IMG/VR virus record: IMGVR_UViG_2506520037_000006
DNA length: 39,680 nucleotides
Reading direction: 5' to 3' (one strand)
Source: a virus
Lineage: Duplodnaviria; Heunggongvirae; Uroviricota; Caudoviricetes
Shown here: positions 26,659-38,295 of the stretch, one piece after another
Layout of the letters: each line of letters opens with the position of its first letter
Position numbering within the stretch: position 1 is the stretch's first letter
Program-made: the position numbers and the translations under genes
Notes under the pieces: generated by a model
What the model was told of the DNA's origin: nothing
Database searches by the model: none
The model's input: the letters and a program-made list of their open reading frames with translations, nothing else

Positions 26659-28731
26659 ATGACCGGGAAACGCTTAAAGGCGTCTGTCATTATTGATCTT
26701 AATGGCAATCTTTCCCGGCGTTCCCGCCAGTATTCGAACCAGATAAACGCCCTGTCCCGTAGCGGGCAAAGTTCCCTTCGTGCCCTGCGTATGGAGGTTG
26801 TGCGCGTTTCTGGTGCCATTGACAGAATGGGTTCACTGTCAACCCGTACATTCCGAATGCTGTCAGCCGGGGCGCTGGGTATCGCTGGCGTGGGTTACAC
26901 CGCCAATAAACTGTTTATTGGTGCAGCCGCCCAGCGTGAGCAGCAGATCATCGCCATGAACTCGCTGTATCACGGCGATAAGGTCAGAGCGCAGGCCATG
27001 ATGGCCTGGGCGAAGCAGAACGCGAAGGACACCACGTGGGGGCTGAGTGGTGTTCTGGATGAGATCCGTTCGTCGAAAGGCTTCGGCATGACGGATGAAC
27101 AGACGAAACAGTTCATCACCATGTTGCAGGATCAGGGGGCCATGCACGGCTGGGATTTACCCACTGCACAGGGTGCCTCACTGCAACTGAAACAGATGTT
27201 TGCCCGCCAGCAAATCACAGCGGCGGATGCCAACCTGCTGACCGGTTACGGTATCAACGTTTATCAGGCGCTGGCGGATGCAACGGGAACGGACGTTAAA
27301 AAAATCCGTGATCTGGGTACAAAGGGCAAGCTGGGCATGAAATCCATTCTGACGGTATTCAGAACGCTGTCAGAACAGTCAAAAGGTGCACAGGCCAGTG
27401 CGATGAACTCCTGGGACGGGATGTTCGCCCAGATGGAAGCCAACCTGCTTGAATTTCGCATAAAGGTGGCAAACAGCGGCCCCTTTGAAGAAATCAAGAA
27501 CGAGATGCGCCGGGTGCTTAACTGGCACGACATGGCGGATAAATCCGGGGAACTTGACGCACTGGCAGAAAACATTGGTCAGAAATTTCTGACCACGTTC
27601 AGAACGGTAAAAATCTCGGCGCAGGAATTATGGCGCTGGCTGAAACCGGGTAAAGATGCGCTGGCATGGGTTGACCAGAATATTGTCAGCCTGAAAAAAC
27701 TGGCTGCTGTTCTGGTGTCTGTCTGGCTTGCCAATAAAGCCCTGAGAGCAGGCTGGGCCGTGGCAAAACCCTCATGGCAGGTTGCCAGTTATCCGTTTAA
27801 AACCGGGCGTCGTATGTGGCGCTGGATGCGAAACCGCAAACGTGGGCAGGCAGGTCTGCCGGTCCCGGATGCCATGACGTCTGAGACGCTGTTGCAGGGT
27901 ATCGGCATTCAGCGTGTGTTTGTCATCAACTGGCCCCGTGGATTTGGTGACTACGGGAGTGGCGGCGGTCGTCGTGTACGGAGCGGCGGAAGAATGGCCC
28001 CGCTGTTACCCCGCCAGCCGTTATTGCTGTCCGGGCCACAGCCGCTGGCATTACCTGCACCACGCCCTGTACTGGCATTACCCCCACCCGGCGTACCGGT
28101 AACGGCACGGCCTGCACCATTACCTTTACCCGGTAAATCCGGTCTTCTGAGCAGGCTTGCAGGCAGTGCTGCCGGGCAACTGGTTACGGGAACGGTCGGA
28201 AAGCTGGCTGATGCCGGGCGTGCCGTTGGCGGGTGGTTTTCCGGTATCGGAAACAAACTTGCAGGCAGTGCGATCGGTCGGGTTGTGACAAAAGGTGCCG
28301 GGGCGCTGGGCTGGATGGGGAAAGGTGCCGGTCGTGCGTTGTCACGTCTGGGGGGCCCGGTAATGGGGGCACTCCAGCTTGCCCCCGTCCTGATGGATGA
28401 GCAGGCGTCAACCCATGAAAAAGCAGGCGCAATTGGCAGTACAGCCGGTGCATGGCTCGGCGGTGCCGTTGGCAGCCTTGCCGGACCGCTGGGTACGGTT
28501 GCTGGTGCCACGCTGGGCAGTGTCGCCGGGGAGTATCTGGGCGGTTTTGTAACCGACCTGTATCAGAAATGGACGGCCACGGATAAGGAACCGCAGGAAC
28601 AAAAAGTCAATGCGGAAGCCTCGCTGCGCGTCGAACTCGGCGAGGGGTTACGTCTGACCAGTTCCCGCGTCACCGAGGATGGTATGGGGCTGAATATTTA
28701 CGCGGGCGATAACTACATTACGGGCTGGTAA
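26659..28731 (+). CDS. N: N (gp42), tail tape measure protein, 690 aa
   Basis: Large protein with central hydrophobic segment and Gly/Ala-rich C-terminal repeats. Confidence 0.85.
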
Positions 28732-28735
28732 GACC
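28663..28735 (+). promoter_or_regulatory. Candidate PP late promoter embedded in the 3' end of N
   Basis: Variant of the late-promoter motif (tcccgcgtca at 28663-28672) about 65 bp upstream of the P start codon. Confidence 0.35.
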
Positions 28736-30223
28736 ATGTTTGAAGATGCTTTAAATGCCGTTAATGCTGTCCGGGATAAAACCGGTGGAGGCAGGAAAAC
28801 AACCGGCAAAGGCACGTTCCGTAACGTGCCGTTTCTCGTCATCGAGGAGCAAAAACAGGCTGGCGGACGTCGCCTGGTTAAACGCGAGTACCCGTTACGT
28901 GATACCGGCGGCGTCAATGACCTGGGGAAAAAGCTTCGCTCCCGTACATTCAGCGCCTGCATTCTGAACAGCAACGCAGAAACAGCCAGAGATGAAGCGG
29001 GTGCGCTGATGGATGCTCTTGATGCTCCGGGTAGCGGTGAGCTGGTACATCCTGATTTCGGCACTGTGGACGTCATGGTGGATTCATGGGAATGCCGCAC
29101 TAAAGCGGATGAACTGAATTATTACGCGTTCACCGTTACCGTTTATCCGTCGTTGCAGGATACTGCCCCGGACGCAGAGACAGACACCAGTGCAGCCGTA
29201 CCGGCACAGGCCGTTGCTGTAACCGGTTCTCTGGGAGATACGCTGTCCTCTGTCTGGCAAACCGTAAAAGATGGCACTGCGGCGGCAACCGCCGTGATGG
29301 AAGCTGTAACCGGTGTCATCGATGATATCAGTGATGCGGTGGACAATCTGGGGGTTACGCAGACTGTCAGCGGTCTGATGGGATCGCTTTCTGCGATGAA
29401 AGGCTCTGTGACCAGCCTGATTAACCAGCCTGCCATGCTGGCCTCCTCGCTGATGGGGGCGCTGTCCGGCGTTTCATCGTTATGCGATACCCGGACAGCA
29501 TTTTCCACATGGAACCGTCTGGCGCAGCGATTCGAACGTCGCCATGCCGCCACCGCAGGCAGACAGGGGACAATCACAACCTCGTACAACAGTCCGGTTG
29601 CAGAAAAAAATATTGCCACACTGAACTACGTCATGCTGGCAGCGGCGCAGACATACCGGGCAGAAGCTGCCAGCCAGGCACTGACTGCGGCACTGGATTT
29701 CAGTCGCCGGATGGATAATGCCGCCCGTGCACCTGTACTGGATGCCCCGTCCACCACAACCGGCACAGCCAGCGGGGCCAGCAGCACATCTGCTACCGTC
29801 ACACAGGGACAGTTACAGTTAACTGCCATAACCCCGGACGGCGGCTTTTCACAGGTATCCTTTTCAGACAGTGGTACAGCCACGCCCCCGGTATTTGAAA
29901 GTGTGTCCGATATCGAAAAAACCACTGCCATGCTGGGGGCGGCGCTGGATAGCGTCATTCTGACGGCATCTGAGCAGGGTTTTTCGACAGACAGTGTTCA
30001 GCTTACGCAACTGCGTCTGCTGGTTGTTGCCGACCTGGAAAAACGCGGGCTGCAACTGGCGGGTAGTGAATCACACCACCTGCCAGAAACGCTCCCGGCA
30101 ATGGTTGCACTGTACCGGTTCACCGGAAACAGCCGGAACTGGCAACGGCTGGCCCGCAGGAACGGTATCAGCAACCCGTTATTTGTTCCCGGTGGTGTCA
30201 GTATTGAGGTGATTAATGAGTAA
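28736..30223 (+). CDS. P: P (gp43), DNA circularization protein/baseplate component, 495 aa
   Basis: Synteny after tape measure; size. Confidence 0.8.
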
Positions 30224-31355
30224 TACCGTCACACTGCGAGCGGATGGCAGGCTGTTTACCGGCTGGACGTCAGTCTCTGTCACCCGCTCGATTGAATCCG
30301 TAGCCGGATATTTTGAGCTGGGGGTGAACGTGCCACCGGGCACGGATTTATCCGGGCTGGCTCCGGGGAAGAAGTTCACGCTGGAAATCGGGGGGCAGAT
30401 TGTCTGCACCGGTTATATCGATTCACGGCGACGCCAGATGACCGCTGACAGTATGAAAATCACTGTCGCCGGACGTGACAAAACGGCTGACCTGATTGAC
30501 TGTGCTGCCGTTTACAGTGGCGGACAGTGGAAAAACCGCACACTGGAGCAGATTGCGCGTGACCTGTGCGCTCCTTATGGCGTTACCGTTCGCTGGGAGC
30601 TTTCCGATAAGGAAAGTTCGGCAGCTTTTCCCGGCTTCACGCTGGACCATTCAGAAACCGTTTATGAGGCGCTGGTGCGTGCCTCCCGCGCACGCGGTGT
30701 ACTGATGACCAGCAATGCCGCCGGAGAGCTGGTATTCAGCCGGGCTGCCAGCACAGCCACTGATGAGCTGGTTCTCGGAGAAAATCTGCTGACACTGGAT
30801 TTTGAGGAAGACTTCCGCGACCGGTTCAGCGAATACACCGTCAAGGGGTATGCCCGCGCAAATGGTGCTGAGGGTGATGATATTGATGCGAAAAGTATCG
30901 TATCCCGGAAAGGGACCGCCACTGACAGTGATGTGACCCGTTACAGACCGATGATCATCATTGCTGACAGCAAGATTACGGCGAAGGATGCACAGGCCCG
31001 CGCCCTGCGTGAGCAACGCCGCAGACTGGCAAAATCCATCACCTTTGAGGCAGAAATTGACGGATGGACTCGCAAGGACGGGCAACTCTGGATGCCGAAC
31101 CTGCTGGTCACTATTGATGCCTCGAAATATGCCATCAAAACCACGGAATTACTGGTCAGCAAAGTCACCCTGATACTGAATGACCAGGACGGGCTGAAAA
31201 CCCGCGTCAGCCTTGCACCACGCGAAGGCTTTCTGGTGCCGGTTGAAAGCGACCGTAAAAACAGGAAAGGCGGCGACAGTAACGGCGGTATTGATGCGCT
31301 GGTTGAAGATTATTATCGCAGACACCCGGAGAAAACGCCGCCGTGGAAAGAGTAA
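30216..31355 (+). CDS. Q: Q (gp44), baseplate hub protein (P2 gpD-like), 379 aa
   Basis: Synteny and size. Confidence 0.8.
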
Positions 31356-31936
31356 ATGATTCCGCCTTGAACCGCCTGCTGACGCCGCTGATGCGTCGTG
31401 TGCGCCTGATGCTTGCGCGCGCTGTTGTTAACGTGATTAACGACGGGCGAAAGGTTCAGAACCTGCAGGTCGGTCTGCTGGATGATGAGGAATCCGATGA
31501 AGTGGAGCGCCTGCAAAATTACGGGCATTTCAGCGTTCCCCTGCCGGGCGCAGAGGCGCTGATTGCCTGTGTAGGCGCACAACGTGATCAGGGGATTGCT
31601 GTTGTGGTGGAAGACCGCCGCTACCGCCCGACAAATCTTGAACCGGGTGATGCAGGCATTTACCACCACGAGGGGCATCGTATCAGGCTGACAAAGGACG
31701 GACGCTGCATCATTACCTGTAAAACGGTTGAGGTTTACGCTGATGAAAGTATGACCGTTGACACACCCAGAACCACGTTTACCGGCGACGTTGAGATCCA
31801 GAAAGGTCTGGGCGTTAAAGGTAAAAGCCAGTTCGACAGCAATATTACTGCCCCGGATGCCATCATCAATGGCAAATCGACGGATAAGCATATCCACCGT
31901 GGCGACAGCGGCGGAACCACAGGGCCGATGCAATGA
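31343..31936 (+). CDS. V: V (gp45), baseplate central spike protein, up to 197 aa (start uncertain; ATG at 31391 possible)
   Basis: Synteny; track ORF starts at GTG 31343. Confidence 0.72.
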   Translation: MERVNDSALNRLLTPLMRRVRLMLARAVVNVINDGRKVQNLQVGLLDDEESDEVERLQNYGHFSVPLPGAEALIACVGAQRDQGIAVVVEDRRYRPTNLEPGDAGIYHHEGHRIRLTKDGRCIITCKTVEVYADESMTVDTPRTTFTGDVEIQKGLGVKGKSQFDSNITAPDAIINGKSTDKHIHRGDSGGTTGPMQ

Positions 31937-32370
31937 CCGATTTAGCCATTATCTGGACGAACGGACGCGGCGATATTGCGCAGGATGGTATTGATATGCT
32001 GACCGACGACAGCCTGACAACCGATGTGACAATCTCCCTGTTTACCGACCGGCGCGCGCTGGATTCTGACACGCTGCCGGATGGTTCAGATGATCGCCGT
32101 GGATGGTGGGGTGACAGTTACCGCGACCGCCCCATCGGTTCGCGGTTGTGGCTGTTATCACGTGAAAAAGCCACGCCGGATACGCTGGAACGCGCCAGAG
32201 GGTATGCCGAAGAGGCGCTGGAATGGCTGAAAACAGCGGGCCGGGTAAGTGCGATTAACGTCAGAGCGGAACAGTTACATCAGGGCTGGTTATACCTCTA
32301 CATTGCACTGACATTACCGGATGGTTCCGTTATTCCTTATGAGTTTAAAGCAGCATTTAACGGGGTTTAA
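31933..32370 (+). CDS. W: W (gp46), baseplate wedge protein (P2 gpW-like), 145 aa
   Basis: ATGA overlap with V stop; synteny. Confidence 0.8.
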   Translation: MTDLAIIWTNGRGDIAQDGIDMLTDDSLTTDVTISLFTDRRALDSDTLPDGSDDRRGWWGDSYRDRPIGSRLWLLSREKATPDTLERARGYAEEALEWLKTAGRVSAINVRAEQLHQGWLYLYIALTLPDGSVIPYEFKAAFNGV

Positions 32371-33453
32371 ATGGCTTATTCACCACCGACATTATCATCG
32401 CTGATTGCCCGTACAGAACAGAATATTGAACAGCGCCTGCCGGGTAGCTGGCCTCAGGCCCGTGAAAAAACGCTGAGTGCCATTGCTTATGCTCAGGCGG
32501 GCCTTGCTGCCGGTTGTCACGAGCATATTTCATGGGTTGGACGGCAGATTATCCCGTCGACAGCAGATGAAGATGAGTTGCTGGAGCACTGCCGGTTCTG
32601 GGGCGTGCGCCGCAAACAGGCGACAGCCGCCAGCGGCCCGCTGACTGTCACCACATCGGCAGCGACCACCATTCCTGCCGGTACACGCTGGCAGCGTGCT
32701 GATGGTGTGGTTTACAGCCTGGCTGATACCATTGTGATTGACCGTGCAGGAACGACGGAAATTACCGTTACCGCACTGGCTGCCGGTGAAGCAGGAAATA
32801 CCGGTGAGAATACCCTTTTAACGTTGATCACCCCGGTTGCCTGTGTTGTTTCCGATGCCATCACTGTAAAAGGGTTTTCCGGTGGAGCTGATATTGAGAG
32901 TGCAGCGGAGCTGCTGTCACGGCTGGAATATCGTGTCCAGTATCCTCCGTTCGGCGGTAATCAGTTTGATTACGTTCGCTGGGCACGTGAAGTCAGCGGT
33001 GTTACCCGTGCCTGGTGTTTTCCGACATGGAAAGGCGGTGGCACAGTCGGGGTGACGTTTGTTATGGATAACCGGAGCAATATTTTTCCGCAACCGGCAG
33101 ACGTGGAACGCGTGGCGGATTATATCGCCGGTCATACTGACCCGATCACTGGTCTGATTGTCGGACAGCCTGACGGTGTAAATGTCACGGTATTTGCGCC
33201 AAAGGCAAAGCCGGTAAATCCACGGATTTATATATCACCGAAGACAGCCGAACTGAAACAGGCTATTACCAACGCCATTAATACCATGTTTTTTAATGAG
33301 GTGATGCCGGGCGGCGCACTTGCCCCCTCCCGTATTATCCGTGCGGTGGCAGGTGTTACCGGTCTGGATGATTTTGAAGTGCGTTTCCCGACAGAGATCC
33401 AGCGTTCGGAGAATACGGAACTCTTAACAGCGGGGACAATTGAATGGCTGTAA
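32371..33453 (+). CDS. R: R (gp47), baseplate J-like protein, 360 aa
   Basis: Synteny and size. Confidence 0.8.
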   Translation: MAYSPPTLSSLIARTEQNIEQRLPGSWPQAREKTLSAIAYAQAGLAAGCHEHISWVGRQIIPSTADEDELLEHCRFWGVRRKQATAASGPLTVTTSAATTIPAGTRWQRADGVVYSLADTIVIDRAGTTEITVTALAAGEAGNTGENTLLTLITPVACVVSDAITVKGFSGGADIESAAELLSRLEYRVQYPPFGGNQFDYVRWAREVSGVTRAWCFPTWKGGGTVGVTFVMDNRSNIFPQPADVERVADYIAGHTDPITGLIVGQPDGVNVTVFAPKAKPVNPRIYISPKTAELKQAITNAINTMFFNEVMPGGALAPSRIIRAVAGVTGLDDFEVRFPTEIQRSENTELLTAGTIEWL

Positions 33454-33986
33454 CACCCTGGCAGACGGCCTTTCTGCAATTACTGCCGTCAGGGCTTGCC
33501 TGGAATAAAAGCCCCGACAGCAAATTATCTGCGCTGGCGCAGGCCATCAGCGACGTGATTGCCACTGCGGCGGATGATGCGCGGCAAATGCTGCGGGAGC
33601 GTTTCCCGTCCACATCCCGCTGGTATCTGGGGGAGTGGGAATCATTTCTGGGGTTGCCGGACTGTACCAGCGAAAACGGCACCCTGTCCGAACGCCAGCG
33701 GGCTGCCGCGAATAAAATGCGTATGACCGGCAATCTGAGTCGGCGCTTTTATGAATGGCTGGCTGCGCAGTACGGTTTTACCGTCAGGCTGACGGATTCC
33801 ACAGAAGGCCAGTGGGTTACGCAGGTCAATATTTACGGTATTAAAAATTATCGCAACGCAACGGTGCTGGATAATGTTCTGACGCCGTTACGTGTTTATG
33901 AATCGGGTGCGCTGGAATGTTTACTGGAGAAATATAAACCCGCGCATCAGATTTATAAATTTGTTTACCATGACGGAGATAACTAA
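33444..33986 (+). CDS. gp48, baseplate/tail protein (P2 gpI-like), 180 aa
   Basis: Overlaps R end; precedes tail fibre gene. Confidence 0.75.
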   Translation: MAVTPWQTAFLQLLPSGLAWNKSPDSKLSALAQAISDVIATAADDARQMLRERFPSTSRWYLGEWESFLGLPDCTSENGTLSERQRAAANKMRMTGNLSRRFYEWLAAQYGFTVRLTDSTEGQWVTQVNIYGIKNYRNATVLDNVLTPLRVYESGALECLLEKYKPAHQIYKFVYHDGDN

Positions 33987-35500
33987 TGTTTTATATTGAT
34001 AACGACAGCGGCGTAACCGTCATGCCGCCCGTATCCGCCCAGCGTAGTGCTATCGTTCGCTGGTTTTCAGAAGGTGACGGGAATAATGTTATCACATGGC
34101 CCGGCATGGACTGGTTTAATATTGTGCAGGCGGAGTTATTAAACACGCTGGAAGAAGCCGGTATTCAACCGGATAAAACAAAATTAAACCAGCTTGCACT
34201 GTCCATTAAAGCCATTATGAGCAATAACGCGCTGCTGATAAAAAATAACCTCAGCGAAATTAAAACTGCCGGGGCATCAGCACAGCGTACAGCACGTGAA
34301 AATCTGGATATCTATGATGCCAGCCTGAACAAAAAAGGACTCGTTCAGCTAACCAGTGCCACTGACAGCCCCAGTGAAACGCTGGCAGCCACCGCAAAAG
34401 CGGTGAAAATTGCAATGGATAATGCCAATGCCCGTCTGGCAAAAGACCGGAACGGAGCAGATATTCCCAATAAGCCGCTGTTTATCCAAAACCTCGGTTT
34501 ACAGGAAACGGTAAACAGGGCTAGGAACGCCGTGCAAAAGAATGGCGATACCTTGTCCGGTGGGCTTACTTTTGAAAACGACTCAATCCTTGCCTGGATT
34601 CGAAATACTGACTGGGCAAAGATTGGATTTAAAAATGATGCCGACAGCGACACTGATTCATACATGTGGTTTGAAACAGGCGACAACGGCAATGAATATT
34701 TCAAATGGAGAAGCAAACAAAGCACCACAACAAAAGACCTGATGAATCTTAAATGGGATGCTTTGTCTGTTCTTGTCAATGCCATTGTAAATGGCGAAGT
34801 CATATCAAAATCAGCAAACGGCCTCCGTATTGCTTATGGTAATTACGGATTCTTTATTCGTAATGATGGTTCAAATACATACTTCATGTTGACAAACTCC
34901 GGTGACAACATGGGGACTTATAACGGATTAAGGCCATTATGGATTAATAACGCTACTGGCGCTGTTTCGATGGGGCGTGGTCTTAATGTTTCAGGGGATA
35001 CACTTTCAGACCGTTTTGCTATTAACAGCAGTAATGGTATGTGGATTCAGATGCGCGATAACAACGCTATCTTTGGGAAAAATATAGTTAACACTGATAG
35101 CGCTCAGGCGTTGCTTCGCCAGAATCACGCCGACCGCAAATTTATGATTGGCGGTCTGGGAAATAAGCAATTTGGCATCTACATGATTAATAACTCAAGG
35201 ACAGCCAATGGCACCGATGGTCAGGCGTACATGGATAATAACGGAAACTGGTTATGCGGTGCTCAGGTCATTCCGGGAAATTACGCCAACTTTGACTCCC
35301 GCTACGTGCGTGACGTTCGGCTGGGAACTCAGTCACTGACTGGCGGCTTGTCTCGTGATTACAAGGCGCCATCCGGTCATGTTATTACAGGTTTTCATAC
35401 CAATGGCGACTGGGAAATGCAGGGAGGGGATGACAAGGTTTATATCCGTCCGGTTCAGAAGAATATCAACGGTACCTGGTATAATGTAGCGAGCGCCTGA
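33986..35500 (+). CDS. S: S, tail fibre: constant part Sc (33986..34480) fused to variable part Sv inside the G segment, 504 aa
   Basis: ORF crosses the left G inverted repeat in frame (peptide [11 protein letters not shown] encoded by the repeat). Confidence 0.88.
   Translation: MFYIDNDSGVTVMPPVSAQRSAIVRWFSEGDGNNVITWPGMDWFNIVQAELLNTLEEAGIQPDKTKLNQLALSIKAIMSNNALLIKNNLSEIKTAGASAQRTARENLDIYDASLNKKGLVQLTSATDSPSETLAATAKAVKIAMDNANARLAKDRNGADIPNKPLFIQNLGLQETVNRARNAVQKNGDTLSGGLTFENDSILAWIRNTDWAKIGFKNDADSDTDSYMWFETGDNGNEYFKWRSKQSTTTKDLMNLKWDALSVLVNAIVNGEVISKSANGLRIAYGNYGFFIRNDGSNTYFMLTNSGDNMGTYNGLRPLWINNATGAVSMGRGLNVSGDTLSDRFAINSSNGMWIQMRDNNAIFGKNIVNTDSAQALLRQNHADRKFMIGGLGNKQFGIYMINNSRTANGTDGQAYMDNNGNWLCGAQVIPGNYANFDSRYVRDVRLGTQSLTGGLSRDYKAPSGHVITGFHTNGDWEMQGGDDKVYIRPVQKNINGTWYNVASA
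34481..34514. repeat. Left 34-bp inverted repeat of G segment (Gin crossover site gixL)
   Basis: ttatccaaaacctcggtttacaggaaacggtaaa; exact reverse complement at 37532..37565. Confidence 0.9.
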
Positions 35501-35502
35501 TT

Positions 35503-36030
35503 ATGATGCATCTGAAAAACATTAAGTCAGAAAATCCAAAAACTAAAGAGCAATATCAGCTAACAAAGAATTTTGATGTTATCTGGTTATGGTCCGAAGA
35601 CGGGAAAAACTGGTATGAAGAAGTAAATAACTTTCAGGACGACACCATAAAGATTGTATACGACGAAAATAATATTATTGTTGCCATAACCAAAGATGCC
35701 TCAACGCTTAATCCCGAAGGCTTTAGCGTCGTTGAGATTCCAGATATAACAGCCAACCGCCGCGCTGATGATTCAGGAAAGTGGATGTTTAAGGATGGAG
35801 CTGTAGTTAAACGGATTTATACGGCAGACGAACAGCAACAACAAGCCGAATCACAAAAGGCCGCATTGCTTTCCGAAGCTGAATCAGTCATCCAGCCGCT
35901 GGAACGCGCTGTCAGGCTGAATATGGCGACGGATGAGGAACGCGCACGACTGGAGTCATGGGAACGCTACAGTGTTCTGGTCAGCCGTGTGGATACGGCA
36001 AATCCCGAATGGCCACAAAAGCCTGAATAA
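35503..36030 (+). CDS. U: U, tail fibre assembly chaperone, 175 aa
   Basis: Translation [24 protein letters not shown]...; paralogous to U' on the opposite strand. Confidence 0.88.
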   Translation: MMHLKNIKSENPKTKEQYQLTKNFDVIWLWSEDGKNWYEEVNNFQDDTIKIVYDENNIIVAITKDASTLNPEGFSVVEIPDITANRRADDSGKWMFKDGAVVKRIYTADEQQQQAESQKAALLSEAESVIQPLERAVRLNMATDEERARLESWERYSVLVSRVDTANPEWPQKPE

Positions 36031-36035
36031 AAATT

Positions 36036-36055
36036 AAGGCCCGATAGCGGGCCTT
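36036..36055. terminator. Hairpin between convergent U and U' (terminator for either orientation)
   Basis: aaggcccg-atag-cgggcctt stem-loop, T-run on minus strand side. Confidence 0.6.
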
Positions 36056-36058
36056 CTC

Positions 36059-36592
36059 TCATTCTGGTTGTTCTGGAAACGTTACTGGCAGGCTGGAGGT
36101 GTCTGTGGATTCGACCTTCTGCGCGTAGAGCATCCACTCTGTTAATTTTTGTTTATTCTCGTCGGAAATGATGCCCAGCCGTAGCTGTGAGTCCCATAGC
36201 TGTGTTTTATCCCTGACGAGCTGTAGCAGGCTTTGCTTTTCATTTTCCGCTTGTTGCCTCTGCTCTTCCTCGGTATAAGTTCGCTTTATCACTACACCAT
36301 CTTTGAACATCCATTTACCCGAAATATCAGCCCGGCGATTTGCTGTAATATCAGGAACCTCAACGACGTTTGCGCCTTCTGGATTAATTGCTGAAACATC
36401 CTTTTCAATACAAATAATAACGCCGTTGTGGTCATAGACCATTTTCAACGTATCAGGCTGAAAGTTCTTTTGTTCCTCATACCAGTTTTTCCCATCCTCT
36501 GTATAAAGCCATTTGATGTTAAATTGTTTCGTTAGCTGGTATTGCTCTTTTGTTTTAGGGTTGCCAGCAGTAATATTTTTTAAGTGCATCAT
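36059..36592 (-). CDS. U': U', alternative tail fibre assembly chaperone (silent in this orientation), 177 aa
   Basis: Translation [24 protein letters not shown]..., paralogue of U. Confidence 0.88.
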   Translation of the reverse strand: MMHLKNITAGNPKTKEQYQLTKQFNIKWLYTEDGKNWYEEQKNFQPDTLKMVYDHNGVIICIEKDVSAINPEGANVVEVPDITANRRADISGKWMFKDGVVIKRTYTEEEQRQQAENEKQSLLQLVRDKTQLWDSQLRLGIISDENKQKLTEWMLYAQKVESTDTSSLPVTFPEQPE

Positions 36593-36594
36593 AA

Positions 36595-37565
36595 TTAAAT
36601 ACTCCCCGCGTTATACCACGTTCCATTAATGCAATACTGAATTGGCCTTGCCTGAGTTGTATCAATTAATTCATCACGGTTTCCGTTAACTGAACCCGTA
36701 ACGACATAACCTGACCTGTCAGACCAGCCGGGACCATTCCATGTCTGAACAGATGACAGACCGCCAAGACGAATACCTGTAATAAACCTTGAGTTACATT
36801 CTGCCTGCGTATATGCACCAACATCTCCCGCTGATGGCTTACGTGTTGTGGTGTAAATTTCTGACCAGTCAGCTTCGAATCCGTAACCATCACGCGCTGA
36901 ACGATAAAAAATACCGCCGTTCCTGTAATTCACACGGAACTGTACGGCAGGGCAACTCCCCGTATTCATATTGAAGTGGAGGATTAATGTCGATGCGCCA
37001 CCAATATTTGCGTTATAGACCCCGCTATTCCAGTTCCAGCCAACAGCTTTATCATTTCCGACAGTGCTTCCTGTTTGTCCTAAAGCAAATGCAGGCTGCT
37101 GGTTTTTCGTGTTGTAGTCTCGTCGCCAGCCAGGAGCATAAGCATCACCATGATTAATATAAGTGAATTGAGCGTTAGTGATTCCGCCGCCGCTGGACGT
37201 ACTCGGCGTAGTAACGCGTATGGTCATTGCGCCGCGAGTGCCAATAACTTCCACCACAGCACCTGCAAGACAAATATTTCCGCAACCTGTATCTGTAATG
37301 ACCTTATTGTTTGCATAAGCCCATGAGCCTTTGCACATCCAGTAAGGATGGTTAAATGCCCCCTGACTCTCCAGCCACGAAATAAATTGTGCGGTTGTCC
37401 AGACCTGACTATCGCCACCAATATTCAGCCATGCGCTATATGCGCGACAGGCCCCAATATTTTTGGTGAAGGTATCTTTTCCTGGAATATCTGCGCCGTT
37501 CTGGTTTTGCTGTAATGCGCCAGAAGCCTGATTTACCGTTTCCTGTAAACCGAGGTTTTGGATAA
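36595..37565 (-). CDS. S': S'v, promoterless alternative variable part of the tail fibre gene (would fuse to Sc after G inversion)
   Basis: Minus-strand reading frame passes in frame through the right inverted repeat encoding [11 protein letters not shown]; no upstream constant part in this orientation. Confidence 0.8.
37532..37565. repeat. Right 34-bp inverted repeat of G segment (gixR)
   Basis: tttaccgtttcctgtaaaccgaggttttggataa, reverse complement of 34481..34514. Confidence 0.9.
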
Positions 37566-37619
37566 TGGTCGATTTTGGCACGCATGGCATGATTGGCGCT
37601 TTTAAACAGGAGATCCAGA

Positions 37620-38201
37620 GTGCTGATTGGCTATGTAAGGGTATCAACAAATGACCAGAATACAGACCTGCAACGAAACGCTCTTGTTTGTGCAGGATGT
37701 GAACAAATATTTGAAGATAAATTAAGCGGAACAAGGACAGACCGACCGGGATTAAAACGCGCTTTAAAGCGCCTTCAAAAAGGTGACACACTGGTTGTCT
37801 GGAAACTGGATCGCCTCGGGCGAAGCATGAAACATTTGATTTCTCTCGTAGGGGAATTACGAGAGCGAGGGATTAATTTTCGCAGTCTTACTGACAGTAT
37901 TGATACGTCATCTCCAATGGGGCGTTTTTTCTTCCACGTTATGGGTGCCCTGGCTGAAATGGAACGAGAACTAATTATCGAGCGAACGATGGCTGGACTT
38001 GCTGCCGCCAGAAATAAAGGCCGTATTGGTGGGCGACCACCTAAACTAACCAAAGCGGAATGGGAGCAGGCCGGGCGTTTATTAGCACAAGGAATCCCCC
38101 GCAAGCAGGTTGCATTGATCTACGATGTGGCCCTGTCAACTCTGTATAAAAAACACCCCGCGAAACGAGCGCATATAGAAAACGACGATCGAATCAATTA
38201 A
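37620..38201 (+). CDS. gin: Gin, serine site-specific DNA invertase, 193 aa
   Basis: GTG start 37620 after SD aggagatcc; translation (M)LIGYVRVSTNDQNTDLQRNALV... with catalytic Ser in VSTNDQ and C-terminal HTH; track ORF starts upstream at TTG 37593. Confidence 0.95.
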   Translation: MLIGYVRVSTNDQNTDLQRNALVCAGCEQIFEDKLSGTRTDRPGLKRALKRLQKGDTLVVWKLDRLGRSMKHLISLVGELRERGINFRSLTDSIDTSSPMGRFFFHVMGALAEMERELIIERTMAGLAAARNKGRIGGRPPKLTKAEWEQAGRLLAQGIPRKQVALIYDVALSTLYKKHPAKRAHIENDDRIN

Positions 38202-38295
38202 ATCGATCGGTAATACAGATCGATTATGCCCCAATAACCACACTCAACCCATGATGTTTTTTAAGATAGTGGCGAATTGATGCAAAGGAGGTGAG
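38187..38295 (+). promoter_or_regulatory. mom operon control region: three GATC (Dam) sites and the C-activated Pmom
   Basis: GATC at 38187-38190, 38205-38208, 38218-38221 followed by ttatgccccaataaccacactcaaccca and candidate -10 taagat; SD aaggaggtgag before com. Confidence 0.8.

Larger units (their letters stand above)
34481..37565. mobile_element. Invertible G segment (3085 bp), present in G(+) orientation
   Basis: Bounded by perfect 34-bp inverted repeats; contains Sv-U on plus strand and U'-S'v on minus strand; adjacent gin. Confidence 0.92.

Noticed and set aside
27951-28511. 186-aa Pro/Ala-rich minus-strand ORF
   Set aside because: Reverse complement of the Gly/Ala-rich low-complexity part of the tape measure gene N
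31313-31933. 206-aa minus-strand ORF antisense to V
   Set aside because: Shadow ORF of a well-placed baseplate gene; no independent signals
37566-37791. Extension of the S' minus-strand ORF beyond the G inverted repeat into gin
   Set aside because: S'v has no independent start; the frame stays open past the repeat by chance and overlaps the gin start region on the opposite strand
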